Positions 9,409-18,205 of a stretch of DNA of 36,653 bases are shown in pieces (within the stretch, counting starts at the first letter, position 1; each line of letters opens with the position of its first letter). Where the stretch lies: the sequence record SRR31156797_7399, one strand, 5' to 3'. The position numbers and the translations under genes are program-made. The notes beneath the pieces were generated by a model. It searched no databases. It had not been told where the DNA came from and saw only the letters and a list, made by a program, of their open reading frames with translations.

Positions 9409-10326
9409 ATGAGTGGAATTGCACAAAATGTAACAGAATTAATTGGTAACACCCCTTTGGTACAAATTAATAGATTAAATGAAGGAGGTGCACAAGTTGT
9501 AGCCAAATTAGAATTTTTTAACCCTGCTAGTTCAGTAAAAGACCGTATTGCTAATGCAATGATTGAAGCAGCTGAAAAAAGTGGAAAACTGGATAAAGAT
9601 ACTGTAATAGTAGAACCAACAAGTGGAAATACAGGAGTAGGGCTTGCTTTTGTAGCCGCTGTAAAAGGATACCGATTAATCTTAACTATGCCTGAGAGTA
9701 TGAGCATCGAACGTAGAAAGTTGTTGAAGAAATTCGGTGCAGAGTTGGTTTTAACTCCTGCCTCTCAAGGTATGAAGGGTGCAATTTCAAAAGCGCAGGA
9801 AATTGCGGAAGAACACGAAAATGCATTTATTCCACAGCAATTTGATAACCCTGCTAACCCAGCTATTCATAAAGTAACAACTGCTGAAGAAATTTGGAAA
9901 GATACAGAGGGAAAGATTGATGTTTTTGTGGCTGGTGTTGGAACCGGAGGAACAATCACAGGAGTCGGAGAGGCATTAAAAGAAAAGAATCCGGATTTAA
10001 AAGTAATTGCTATTGAACCGGCTGATTCTCCTGTTATATCAGGTGGTCAACCTGGGCCTCACAAAATTCAAGGTATTGGAGCCGGATTCATTCCATCAAA
10101 TTTAAATACAGAAGTAATTGATGATGTGGTAAAAGTTTCAAATGAAGATGCCGTTCAAACAAGTCACAAAGCAGCTATTGAAGAAGGTATTTTATGTGGT
10201 TACTCTTCAGGTGCTGCGTTATGGGGAGCATTGGAAGTAGCCAAAAGACCTGAATTCGAAGGGAAACGTATTGTGGTTATTTTACCAGATACAGGCGAAC
10301 GATATTTAAGTAGCTTTGAAATTTAA
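9409..10326 (+). CDS. cysK: Cysteine synthase A (O-acetylserine sulfhydrylase)
   Basis: IGNTPL, SVKDR (PLP Lys), [33 protein letters not shown]. Confidence 0.97.
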   Translation: MSGIAQNVTELIGNTPLVQINRLNEGGAQVVAKLEFFNPASSVKDRIANAMIEAAEKSGKLDKDTVIVEPTSGNTGVGLAFVAAVKGYRLILTMPESMSIERRKLLKKFGAELVLTPASQGMKGAISKAQEIAEEHENAFIPQQFDNPANPAIHKVTTAEEIWKDTEGKIDVFVAGVGTGGTITGVGEALKEKNPDLKVIAIEPADSPVISGGQPGPHKIQGIGAGFIPSNLNTEVIDDVVKVSNEDAVQTSHKAAIEEGILCGYSSGAALWGALEVAKRPEFEGKRIVVILPDTGERYLSSFEI

Positions 10327-10513
10327 GAACTTCATCGAATAATTTATCAGCTAAAGCTAAGCTGAATAATTTCAATATTAACTTAAGGTTTATATGGGTG
10401 TAAAACAAGATCTGAACCAAGGAGGTTTCGATCTTGTTAGAAACCCGAAAGATGATTGACTTTATAGATATAGAAGTCATAATAGGATTGTATTGTCCAA
10501 TAATTAATAAAGT

Positions 10514-12313
10514 ATGATTCAGGGAATTAAAAATATATTTACGACAGAGCAAGTTGAGCAAGCGCAAAAACTATATGCTTCTTTATCTACAGAGCAAAAG
10601 CTTTGGTTGTCTGGTTATTTGGCAGGTTTAAATCAGTCAGGTGGATTGTTGGAAAGTGATTTGGTTAATGGTGTTAATGGTCAAATAAGTGTAAATTCTG
10701 CCATTGAAAATGAATTAAACCTAACTATTTTATATGGTACTCATACAGGTAATTCAAAAATCTTAGCAGAGCAAACACTTGAAATTGCTCAACAAAGAGG
10801 AATTAAAGCAACAGCTATTAGTTTGCAGGAATATAAAGTACGTAAGTTAAAAGAGGAACAAAACCTACTAGTAATTGTTTCCACCCATGGAGAGGGAGAA
10901 CCTCCTGCATCTGCTGAAGATTTTTATAATTATATATTCGGCAAAAAAGCACCTAAATCGTTGAATGTAAATTATGCTGTAATTGGCTTAGGGGATAGTA
11001 GTTATGCCAAGTTTTGCCAAACAGGGAAAGATATTTATCAGCAAATAGGTGTTTTAGGAGCACAGTCAATTCATGATTTAGTTGAGCTTGACGTTGATTT
11101 TACTGATCAAATTGAAGATATTTTACCAACTATAGTTGATAACTTTCAAAAGGCATCTGGCATTGAGGTTAAGCCTGAACCGGAAAATGTTGCAACAAAG
11201 AAACTTGGCTTAAACGAATGGGTTGAAGTGGAGGTTCTTGAAAAAGTTTTGCTAAACGGTAAAGGGTCCGACAAAGAAACGTATCATATCGAATTAGATA
11301 TTGAGGATGCTGGTCTGGTTTACAAAGCAGGAGATGCATTGGAAGTAGTGGCTGTTAATGATCACGAATTGGTCGACGGAATTTTATCAGTTTTAGATAT
11401 AGATAGAAAAGAAGAAATCTTACAGGGAGAAAAAAATATTACTATCGAAGAGGCTTTAACCTCAAGCTTTGAATTAACAGTAATTACACGACCCGTTATT
11501 ACTAAGTATGCAGAAAGAGCTAAAATTAAAGAATTGGACGATATTATAGGCGATGAGGAACGACTTCAGGAATATTTATATGGAAGAGATATTCTTGATT
11601 TAATTAATGATTTTCCTATTGAGCTTAAAGCAGAGGAATTGGTTCAGTTTTTAAGAAAACTGCCACCAAGGTTGTATTCTATTTCATCCAGTTATGAGTT
11701 AAATCCAGATGAGGTACATATTACGGTTGGAGCAGTGAGGTATAACCTAAACGATCGTGATCATAATGGTGTGTGCTCAGGTTATTTGGCGGATAGTATT
11801 CAGGAAGGATCGACTGTTAAGGTTAGAGTTAAGCCAAATCTTGGCTTTAAATTGCCTGAAGATGAAAAAGCACCAATTGTAATGGTTGGACCGGGAACTG
11901 GAATTGCACCTTTTCGCTCGTTTTTACAGGAGCGCGAAGCTAAAGAGTCGGAAGGTAGAAACTGGTTGTTCTTTGGAGATCAGTATTTTGAAACAGACTT
12001 TTTATATCAAACAGAATTATTACAATATAGGAAAGAAGGATTGGTTAATAAGCTGGATGTTGCATTCTCCAGAGATCAGGAAGAAAAAGTTTATGTACAG
12101 GATAGAATGCAGGAGAATGGTGAGGAACTTTATAACTGGTTAAATGAAGGGGCGCATTTTTACTTGTGTGGTGATATGAAACGAATGGCTAAAGATGTAA
12201 AAGAGACTTTACTACAAATAATTAAACAATACGGCAATTTATCTGAAGAGCAGGCCAATGAATATTTTAAAAACCTAAAGTCGGCAGGACGTTTTCAGGA
12301 GGATGTTTATTAA
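10514..12313 (+). CDS. cysJ: Assimilatory sulfite reductase (NADPH) flavoprotein subunit
   Basis: LWLSGYLAG N-terminus, flavodoxin YGTHTGNS/STHGEGEPP, RLYSISS, GPGTGIAPFR, YLCGD, RFQEDVY. Confidence 0.96.
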   Translation: MIQGIKNIFTTEQVEQAQKLYASLSTEQKLWLSGYLAGLNQSGGLLESDLVNGVNGQISVNSAIENELNLTILYGTHTGNSKILAEQTLEIAQQRGIKATAISLQEYKVRKLKEEQNLLVIVSTHGEGEPPASAEDFYNYIFGKKAPKSLNVNYAVIGLGDSSYAKFCQTGKDIYQQIGVLGAQSIHDLVELDVDFTDQIEDILPTIVDNFQKASGIEVKPEPENVATKKLGLNEWVEVEVLEKVLLNGKGSDKETYHIELDIEDAGLVYKAGDALEVVAVNDHELVDGILSVLDIDRKEEILQGEKNITIEEALTSSFELTVITRPVITKYAERAKIKELDDIIGDEERLQEYLYGRDILDLINDFPIELKAEELVQFLRKLPPRLYSISSSYELNPDEVHITVGAVRYNLNDRDHNGVCSGYLADSIQEGSTVKVRVKPNLGFKLPEDEKAPIVMVGPGTGIAPFRSFLQEREAKESEGRNWLFFGDQYFETDFLYQTELLQYRKEGLVNKLDVAFSRDQEEKVYVQDRMQENGEELYNWLNEGAHFYLCGDMKRMAKDVKETLLQIIKQYGNLSEEQANEYFKNLKSAGRFQEDVY

Positions 12314-12451
12314 TCCATCAATAGCGATTTACTAAATAAAGGAACAGACAATAATGTTATGTGGATGTACAATTTTGTATTTGGAGTAGAACTTATAACT
12401 CATCTTTAATCTAACACAATCTGGTTTTTACCACATAAAAAGCATAATATA

Positions 12452-14164
12452 ATGGCAGAAGTTATCAATAACGAAATATTTCCATCCTGGAATCCATCAG
12501 ATGTAGAAGGGATTAAAATTAGAAGTAATTACTTAAGAGGAACGCTTGAGGAAAGTCTTAACGATTTAGCTACAGGTTCCATAGCTGAAGATGATACGCA
12601 GTTAATTAAATTTCATGGAAGTTATCAGCAAACCGACAGAGATTTGGATATTGAACGCAAACGTCAGAAGCTAGAGCCTTTATACAGTTTTATGATCAGG
12701 GTGAGAATACCGGGAGGTGTAGCTACTGCTGATCAGTGGATTGCTTTCGATGAAATTGCGAAACAGCATAGTAATACATTAAAATTAACCACACGACAGG
12801 CATTTCAGTTTCATGGAGTAATAAAGCGCAATCTAAAAAAAACCATGCAGGGTATAAATGATGCACTCCTTGATTCTATTGCCGCCTGTGGTGATGTTAA
12901 CCGAAATGTGATGTGTACAACCAACGAGGGAATGTCACCACTTGTACCTGCCGCATATCAAATGTCAAAAGATATTAGTGATCACCTGTTGCCTCGTACC
13001 ACAGCCTATCACGAAATCTGGTTAAACCAAAAGTTATTAGTAGATGGAAAGCAGGATGAGGAGCCAATTTACGGTAAAACTTATTTACCTCGTAAATTTA
13101 AAATTGCCATTGCTATTCCTCCGTATAATGACACTGATATTTTTTCGAACGATATAGGTTTGATAGCGATTGGAAAAGGAGATAAACTGGAAGGATTTAA
13201 TATTGCGATCGGAGGAGGATTGGGTATGACATTTACTGAACCCGGAACTTATCCGAGATTAGGCGATGTAGTGGGGTATGCACCTTACGACAAAACACTT
13301 GAAGTTGTAGAAGAGATTGTAAAGCTGCAACGCGATTATGGAAATAGAGAAAATCGTAGAAAAGCAAGATTAAAGTATACAGTGGATCGTTTAGGTCCTG
13401 CTGAGTTTAAAGGTTTGCTTGAGAAACGCTTAGGTTATTCTTTAGAAAAAGCAAAACCATATAAATTCACAAGTAATGGAGATGTTTTTGGTTGGAAAAA
13501 AGCCAAAAACGGAAAGTGGTCATTAGGTCTTTATATCGAACATGGAAGAGTAAAAGATGTTCCGGGTTATGAATTAAAAACAGGTCTTCGTAAAGTGGCT
13601 GATCTAAAGAAATCCGATTTTCGTTTAACAGGAAATCAAGGTCTGGTTATTGGGGGAATTAAGGATGAAGATAAAAAGGAAATTGAAACGATTCTTAAAG
13701 AATACAATATATGGCCTAAAAAGAATTTAAGCGCTGCCCGAAAGCATGCCCTGGCATGTGTGGCGCTCAATACTTGTACTATGGCATTTGCTGAGGCAGA
13801 AAGGTATTTGCCTTCGCTAATGGATAAAATAGAGGTAATTCTGGCCGAAAATGACTTGACCAATGATGATATTCTCATTCGAATGACTGGTTGTCCCAAT
13901 GGATGTGGTAGACCTTTTTTGGGTGAAATAGGTTTTGTGGGGCGTTCCCTAGGGAAATACAATATGTATTTGGGAGCAGGTTTTGCGGGAGAGCGTTTAA
14001 ATACGCTTTACAAAGAAACCTTATCAGAAGAAGAAATTTTGGATGAGTTAAAGGTGCTCTTACCTCGATATGCTAAGGAAAGAGAAAAAGGAGAGCGATT
14101 TGGTGATTTTGTCGGCAGAGTAGGCATTATAGAACATCAAAGAGAGATTCATCAGCTTGATTAG
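12452..14164 (+). CDS. cysI: Assimilatory sulfite reductase hemoprotein subunit
   Basis: IKFHGSYQQ, LTTRQ, ACGDVNRN, YLPRKFK, and siroheme/4Fe-4S ligands CVALNTC and GCPNGC. Confidence 0.96.
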   Translation: MAEVINNEIFPSWNPSDVEGIKIRSNYLRGTLEESLNDLATGSIAEDDTQLIKFHGSYQQTDRDLDIERKRQKLEPLYSFMIRVRIPGGVATADQWIAFDEIAKQHSNTLKLTTRQAFQFHGVIKRNLKKTMQGINDALLDSIAACGDVNRNVMCTTNEGMSPLVPAAYQMSKDISDHLLPRTTAYHEIWLNQKLLVDGKQDEEPIYGKTYLPRKFKIAIAIPPYNDTDIFSNDIGLIAIGKGDKLEGFNIAIGGGLGMTFTEPGTYPRLGDVVGYAPYDKTLEVVEEIVKLQRDYGNRENRRKARLKYTVDRLGPAEFKGLLEKRLGYSLEKAKPYKFTSNGDVFGWKKAKNGKWSLGLYIEHGRVKDVPGYELKTGLRKVADLKKSDFRLTGNQGLVIGGIKDEDKKEIETILKEYNIWPKKNLSAARKHALACVALNTCTMAFAEAERYLPSLMDKIEVILAENDLTNDDILIRMTGCPNGCGRPFLGEIGFVGRSLGKYNMYLGAGFAGERLNTLYKETLSEEEILDELKVLLPRYAKEREKGERFGDFVGRVGIIEHQREIHQLD

Positions 14165-14188
14165 TTATCAACTTTAAAGAATTGAAGG

Positions 14189-14419
14189 ATGCAAGAAAAA
14201 AGATATAGAACCTTATTAAAAACAATTTCGTGGAGAGCGACAGGTACGCTCGACACGTTTTTGATATCCTATCTGATTACAGGAAAAATAGGATTGGCAG
14301 CTTCCATCAGTGGAGTTGAGGTTTTTACAAAAATGATATTGTATTATTTCCACGAAAGAGCCTGGAACAAAATTAAGTACGGTAAGGAAAAGCCCAAGCA
14401 ACCTGAATATTATATTTAA
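14189..14419 (+). CDS. DUF2061 family small membrane protein
   Basis: R...KTISWR..GTLDT...TG....A.SI...E..TK..LYYFHERAW signature. C-terminal tail PEYYI. Confidence 0.88.
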   Translation: MQEKRYRTLLKTISWRATGTLDTFLISYLITGKIGLAASISGVEVFTKMILYYFHERAWNKIKYGKEKPKQPEYYI

Positions 14420-14505
14420 TTAACGATTTGCTTTTAAACGAATCGATGATTGTGCTGTTAGATATGTATTCAGTAAGATTTACAAGGATTAAGCTTTAAT
14501 TTTAA

Positions 14506-16269
14506 ATGTCGAAGATTATGGAAAGAATTAACATAGGTATACATGATAATCAGGAAAGATTAGTGACTAAAAACTGGTTAGAAGATATGTTGTCGATGCA
14601 TAATCTAAACATTGAATTTACAGTTTTTAATCAAGCTAAGGGCAGGCAAATTGCCTTAGAAGACAATGAGATAGTTCGTGATCAGTTAGTTGATGCAGTT
14701 ATATCTCAGGATATTGATGCTTATATTATTTCGGCAGATGAATTGCCCTATCCTTTGGATGCTGAGCTGGAAGTATATGCAGTATATGCCAAAGAAAAAG
14801 TATCTGAAGATCAGGTTTCAGAACATCCATTGAATCCATATTGGGCTATAGTAGGCAAAAAGGGAAGTTCGGAATTAAAAACTACATTTGAAAAAAATGA
14901 TGTTCGCGAAAAGTGGGGTTATGTGGTATTAGCTGGTTTTGGTCCTGGAGATCATCGTTTAATTACTCGTAAAGCAGAGTTTCACTTGCATAAAGCAGAA
15001 GTTATTTTTTATGATGATTTGGTAAATGATGAGTTTTTAAGACGTTTCTGTGCTAAAAAAATCTATGTTGGAAAGCGTAAAGGAAGACATAAATTCGATC
15101 AGGAGAAGATTAATGAATTAATGTATCAGGAAGCTTTAAAAGGTAAATGGGTTGTGCGTATCAAGGGCGGTGATCCTCTTATTTTTGGAAGAGGAGCCGA
15201 GGAATATCATTATTTACAAAGTCGATTAATTAAATCGGAAATTATTCCTGGTATTTCAAGTGCCTTTGCAGCTGCTGCAGGAGCGGTTATTCCTTTTACA
15301 GAAAGGTCATTAGCTTCATCGGTGGCGTTTTTATCGGGTCATGATTTGCATAAAATAAAAATACCTCAAGCAGATACCTTGGTTTTCTTTATGGGTGCAT
15401 CTAATCAGCAAGAGTTAGCTCAGAAAATTATTGATGAAGGTTGGGAGGAAGCGACTCCGGTTGGGGTGGTGCATAATGCATCTACACCGGAGCAACAAAT
15501 ATATCGTGGAAATCTGGAGGAATTAAGAGATAAAGGTTCAGGTTTGCCCTCACCATCCATCATTATTGTGGGTAAAACAGCAGGTGAATATGTTGGTAAA
15601 AATGGTAAGTGGTTATATACAGGAGCTTCTTTGGATGAGGTGAAATCCACAGTTCATTTAGTGCATACGCCATTAATTTCTATTGAAAGTATAGAAGATA
15701 CGGTACAAGTTGAACAATTTATAAATAATATATCCAATTATAATCGAATTGTATTCACCAACCGTTATGCAGTACAGCACTTCTTTAAGCATTTATATAG
15801 CTTAGGGAAAGATGCACGTAGTTTATGGAATATTACCATCGATTCTATTGGGAAAACTACTTCAAAAGCTTTGCGTCAACACGGTATTGTTACAGAACCT
15901 GTTGGTAAAAAAGAATCACTATCGGCCATGTTACAAGCCTACCAGGAAAATAAAGTGGCAGGAGAAAAAATATTGGTACCTGGTTCAAGTTTATCGACCG
16001 GAGATTTGCAGAGTGGGCTTGTAGAATTGGGTAACAAGGTAGATTCTTTGTGGGTTTATAATGTGGTGAAGAATAAAGCGATAATAAAGCAGAATTTATC
16101 ACGTTTCGAGGGAATTATTTTCTCATCACCAGCAACCGTAAAAGCATTTTTTGAAGTTTACGAGGAGATTCCTTCACATGTAAAAGTAAAATGCAGAGGA
16201 GCGCAGACAGAGAAGACTCTAAAGGCTGTGCTTAATGATTTCAGTAATGATACTTTAAGAGCTGTGTAA
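14506..16269 (+). CDS. cobA: Uroporphyrinogen-III C-methyltransferase / uroporphyrinogen-III synthase fusion with degenerate N-terminal HemC-like domain
   Basis: CobA motifs GFGPGD, YDDLV, YVGKR, RIKGGDPLIFGRG, PGISS. HemD-like IVFTN..AV..FF, IGKTT..AL, FSSPATV. The first ~135 aa resemble HemC domain 1. Confidence 0.9.
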   Translation: MSKIMERINIGIHDNQERLVTKNWLEDMLSMHNLNIEFTVFNQAKGRQIALEDNEIVRDQLVDAVISQDIDAYIISADELPYPLDAELEVYAVYAKEKVSEDQVSEHPLNPYWAIVGKKGSSELKTTFEKNDVREKWGYVVLAGFGPGDHRLITRKAEFHLHKAEVIFYDDLVNDEFLRRFCAKKIYVGKRKGRHKFDQEKINELMYQEALKGKWVVRIKGGDPLIFGRGAEEYHYLQSRLIKSEIIPGISSAFAAAAGAVIPFTERSLASSVAFLSGHDLHKIKIPQADTLVFFMGASNQQELAQKIIDEGWEEATPVGVVHNASTPEQQIYRGNLEELRDKGSGLPSPSIIIVGKTAGEYVGKNGKWLYTGASLDEVKSTVHLVHTPLISIESIEDTVQVEQFINNISNYNRIVFTNRYAVQHFFKHLYSLGKDARSLWNITIDSIGKTTSKALRQHGIVTEPVGKKESLSAMLQAYQENKVAGEKILVPGSSLSTGDLQSGLVELGNKVDSLWVYNVVKNKAIIKQNLSRFEGIIFSSPATVKAFFEVYEEIPSHVKVKCRGAQTEKTLKAVLNDFSNDTLRAV

Positions 16270-16373
16270 TTTAGCTTAAAAAATTCCCACTAAGCTCTAA
16301 AGGATTGATATTCCAAAATCAGTCTTCATTTGTGGTGCTTGACTAATTAAGTTATCACATTAAAAACAATGCT

Positions 16374-17366
16374 ATGTTTAAAAGATTCAGACAATTCAGG
16401 TTAAGTCCTGAAATAAGAGATAATCATGCAGATGTATCGGTGCATTCTCGTGATTTTATATATCCGTATTATGTAGTTAGTGGTGATTCCCGAAAGGAAA
16501 GCATTCCGAATTTAAAAGATGTATATCGTTTTTCATCGGATTTACTGTTACAGGATTTAGAAGAAACGGTTAGTTTGGGTATCAATAAAATAATATTGTA
16601 TGGACAGGCAGATGATAAAGATAAAACTAAGGATGGCTTAGGCGCTTTTAAGCACAATAATCTGATTGAACAGACTTTGAAAAAGATAAAAAATCAATTC
16701 CCTGAAATTACTGTTATTACTGATGTTTGTACTTGTGCTTATACAAACCATGGGCACTGTGGAGTGTTGAATGGATTAACCGTGGATAATGATAGATCTA
16801 TAGAAGTGCTGGCTAAAATTGCGGAAAGTCATGCCAGAGCAGGAGCGGATATAGTAGCGCCTTCGGCAAGAATGGATGGTCAGGTACAGGCCATTCGTCA
16901 GCGATTGGATGCAAGGCGCTTTAAGAATGTTCAGATAGCTTCTTTTGCAGCCAAGTATTCATCTTCGTTTTATGCTACTTTAAAAGATAAGACCAGTCAT
17001 ACAATCTCTTTTGGAGACAGACGTAATTATTGGATTGATTACCGAACTAAGGAGCAGGGGTTAGATCATATCAGTACAGATATAGAGGAAGGATCTGATT
17101 GGATTTTTGTGCAGCCGGCACAATCTTATCTCGATATTATATCTCGGGCTAAGATTAAACATCCTAAAACACCGATTGGTGCATTTCAGGTATTTGGAGA
17201 ATATGCTATGTTGGTTAATGCTGCAGAGCAAGGAATAGTTGACTTAAAGGCTTCAATGTTAGAGTCATTTACGGCTATAAAAAGATCAGGAGCCAATTAT
17301 ATTATATCCTATTATGCCAAAGAAATGGCGCGGTATTTAAATGGAGATGGATACTATGTGATTTAG
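16374..17366 (+). CDS. hemB: Porphobilinogen synthase (HemB)-like protein, probably catalytically impaired
   Basis: Retains Zn site DVCTCAYTNHGHCG, AGADIVAPS.RMDG and AKYSSSFY. However, VQP replaces VKP and QVFGEY replaces QVSGEY. Confidence 0.85.
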   Translation: MFKRFRQFRLSPEIRDNHADVSVHSRDFIYPYYVVSGDSRKESIPNLKDVYRFSSDLLLQDLEETVSLGINKIILYGQADDKDKTKDGLGAFKHNNLIEQTLKKIKNQFPEITVITDVCTCAYTNHGHCGVLNGLTVDNDRSIEVLAKIAESHARAGADIVAPSARMDGQVQAIRQRLDARRFKNVQIASFAAKYSSSFYATLKDKTSHTISFGDRRNYWIDYRTKEQGLDHISTDIEEGSDWIFVQPAQSYLDIISRAKIKHPKTPIGAFQVFGEYAMLVNAAEQGIVDLKASMLESFTAIKRSGANYIISYYAKEMARYLNGDGYYVI

Positions 17367-17385
17367 TATCACAATAATTATATGC

Positions 17386-17423
17386 AAAAAAGGCCACTAG
17401 TTCAACTAGTGGCCTTTATATTT
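17386..17423. terminator. Bidirectional intrinsic terminator between hemB-like and cold-shock genes
   Basis: AAAGGCCACTAGTT-C-AACTAGTGGCCTTT perfect inverted repeat with A and T flanks. Confidence 0.85.
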
Positions 17424-17441
17424 ATTTTATTACTCTTTTTA

Positions 17442-17885
17442 TTATGCTTTCTTAACTCGAACGGCAATTAACCCTCTAACACCTTGTTCCAATTCGAAAG
17501 AAACTTTATTGCCTTTATCTATCTTATCCAATAAACCGTTAACGTGTACAAAAAAGTTCTCTTTACTATCTAAATCTTTGATAAATCCATATCCTTTATC
17601 TTCGTTAAAAAACTCCACAATACCAGTGTGAATAGGATCTTCAATGCCATCATCCTTAGGTACGGATACGTTAATATTTTCAGCTTTAACCTCACTTTTT
17701 TTAGTTAAATCTGGTGGTGTATCTACAATTACTCCATTCTCATCAACATAAGCAATCATGTTGTCTAATTCACCACTTGTTGAGTTGGCCTTACGTTCTT
17801 CTTTGCGTTTAGCTTTATCCTGACGCTTTTTTAATCTTTTTTGTTCTTTGTTTTTCTTACCAAATGTCTCTTGAGATCTCCCCAT
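17442..17885 (-). CDS. Cold-shock domain protein with Lys-rich N-terminal extension (Bacteroidota type)
   Basis: MGRSQETFGKK, MIAYVDENG, then a cold-shock domain with FFNEDKGYGFI (RNP1) and FFVH (RNP2). Confidence 0.92.
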   Translation of the reverse strand: MGRSQETFGKKNKEQKRLKKRQDKAKRKEERKANSTSGELDNMIAYVDENGVIVDTPPDLTKKSEVKAENINVSVPKDDGIEDPIHTGIVEFFNEDKGYGFIKDLDSKENFFVHVNGLLDKIDKGNKVSFELEQGVRGLIAVRVKKA

Positions 17886-18197
17886 ATTATTCTTTTAATA
17901 AATACTTTTCTAATGTAATGAGTGGCTACAAGAAAAAATGGTGTCTACACTATAAAAAACAAACCATTAGGTTAATTATTTGCAAGCTTATCATACGACA
18001 AGTATTAATTGTCTCTGATATTCGATGCCTTTGTTTCATCCTATGATATAGGATGTTTATATTTTTTCTTCTAGCTATTTTGTAATGGGGAATTAAATAT
18101 GGTATCTAATAAATTATGGTCAAACAGGTGAGCTTATTGCAGCAATGCGAATGATTGAACAGTGAATTTTAAAGCTTATTTGTTCCCTTTACGGTTA

Positions 18198-18205
18198 CAA
18201 AGGTA
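18198..18205 (-). promoter_or_regulatory. -7 element (TACCTTTG), candidate promoter of the cold-shock gene
   Basis: CAAAGGTA on + strand, about 310 nt upstream of the start codon. Confidence 0.5.

Noticed and set aside
9031-10513. SAM riboswitch or T-box upstream of cysK or cysJ
   Set aside because: No SAM-I core (ATC.AGAG...GAGGGA...GCAACC...GTGC) or T-box motif could be found by eye. An Rfam scan would be needed to exclude other classes.
16374-17366. Calling the HemB-like gene a pseudogene
   Set aside because: Full length, no frameshift or stop, Zn ligands retained and followed by a strong terminator. The changes noticed cluster at active-site positions.
17950-18039. 29-codon minus-strand ORF (MKQRHRIS...) in the cold-shock leader
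   Set aside because: No supporting features, and its start lies inside the hairpin. Treated as chance unless ribosome profiling shows otherwise.
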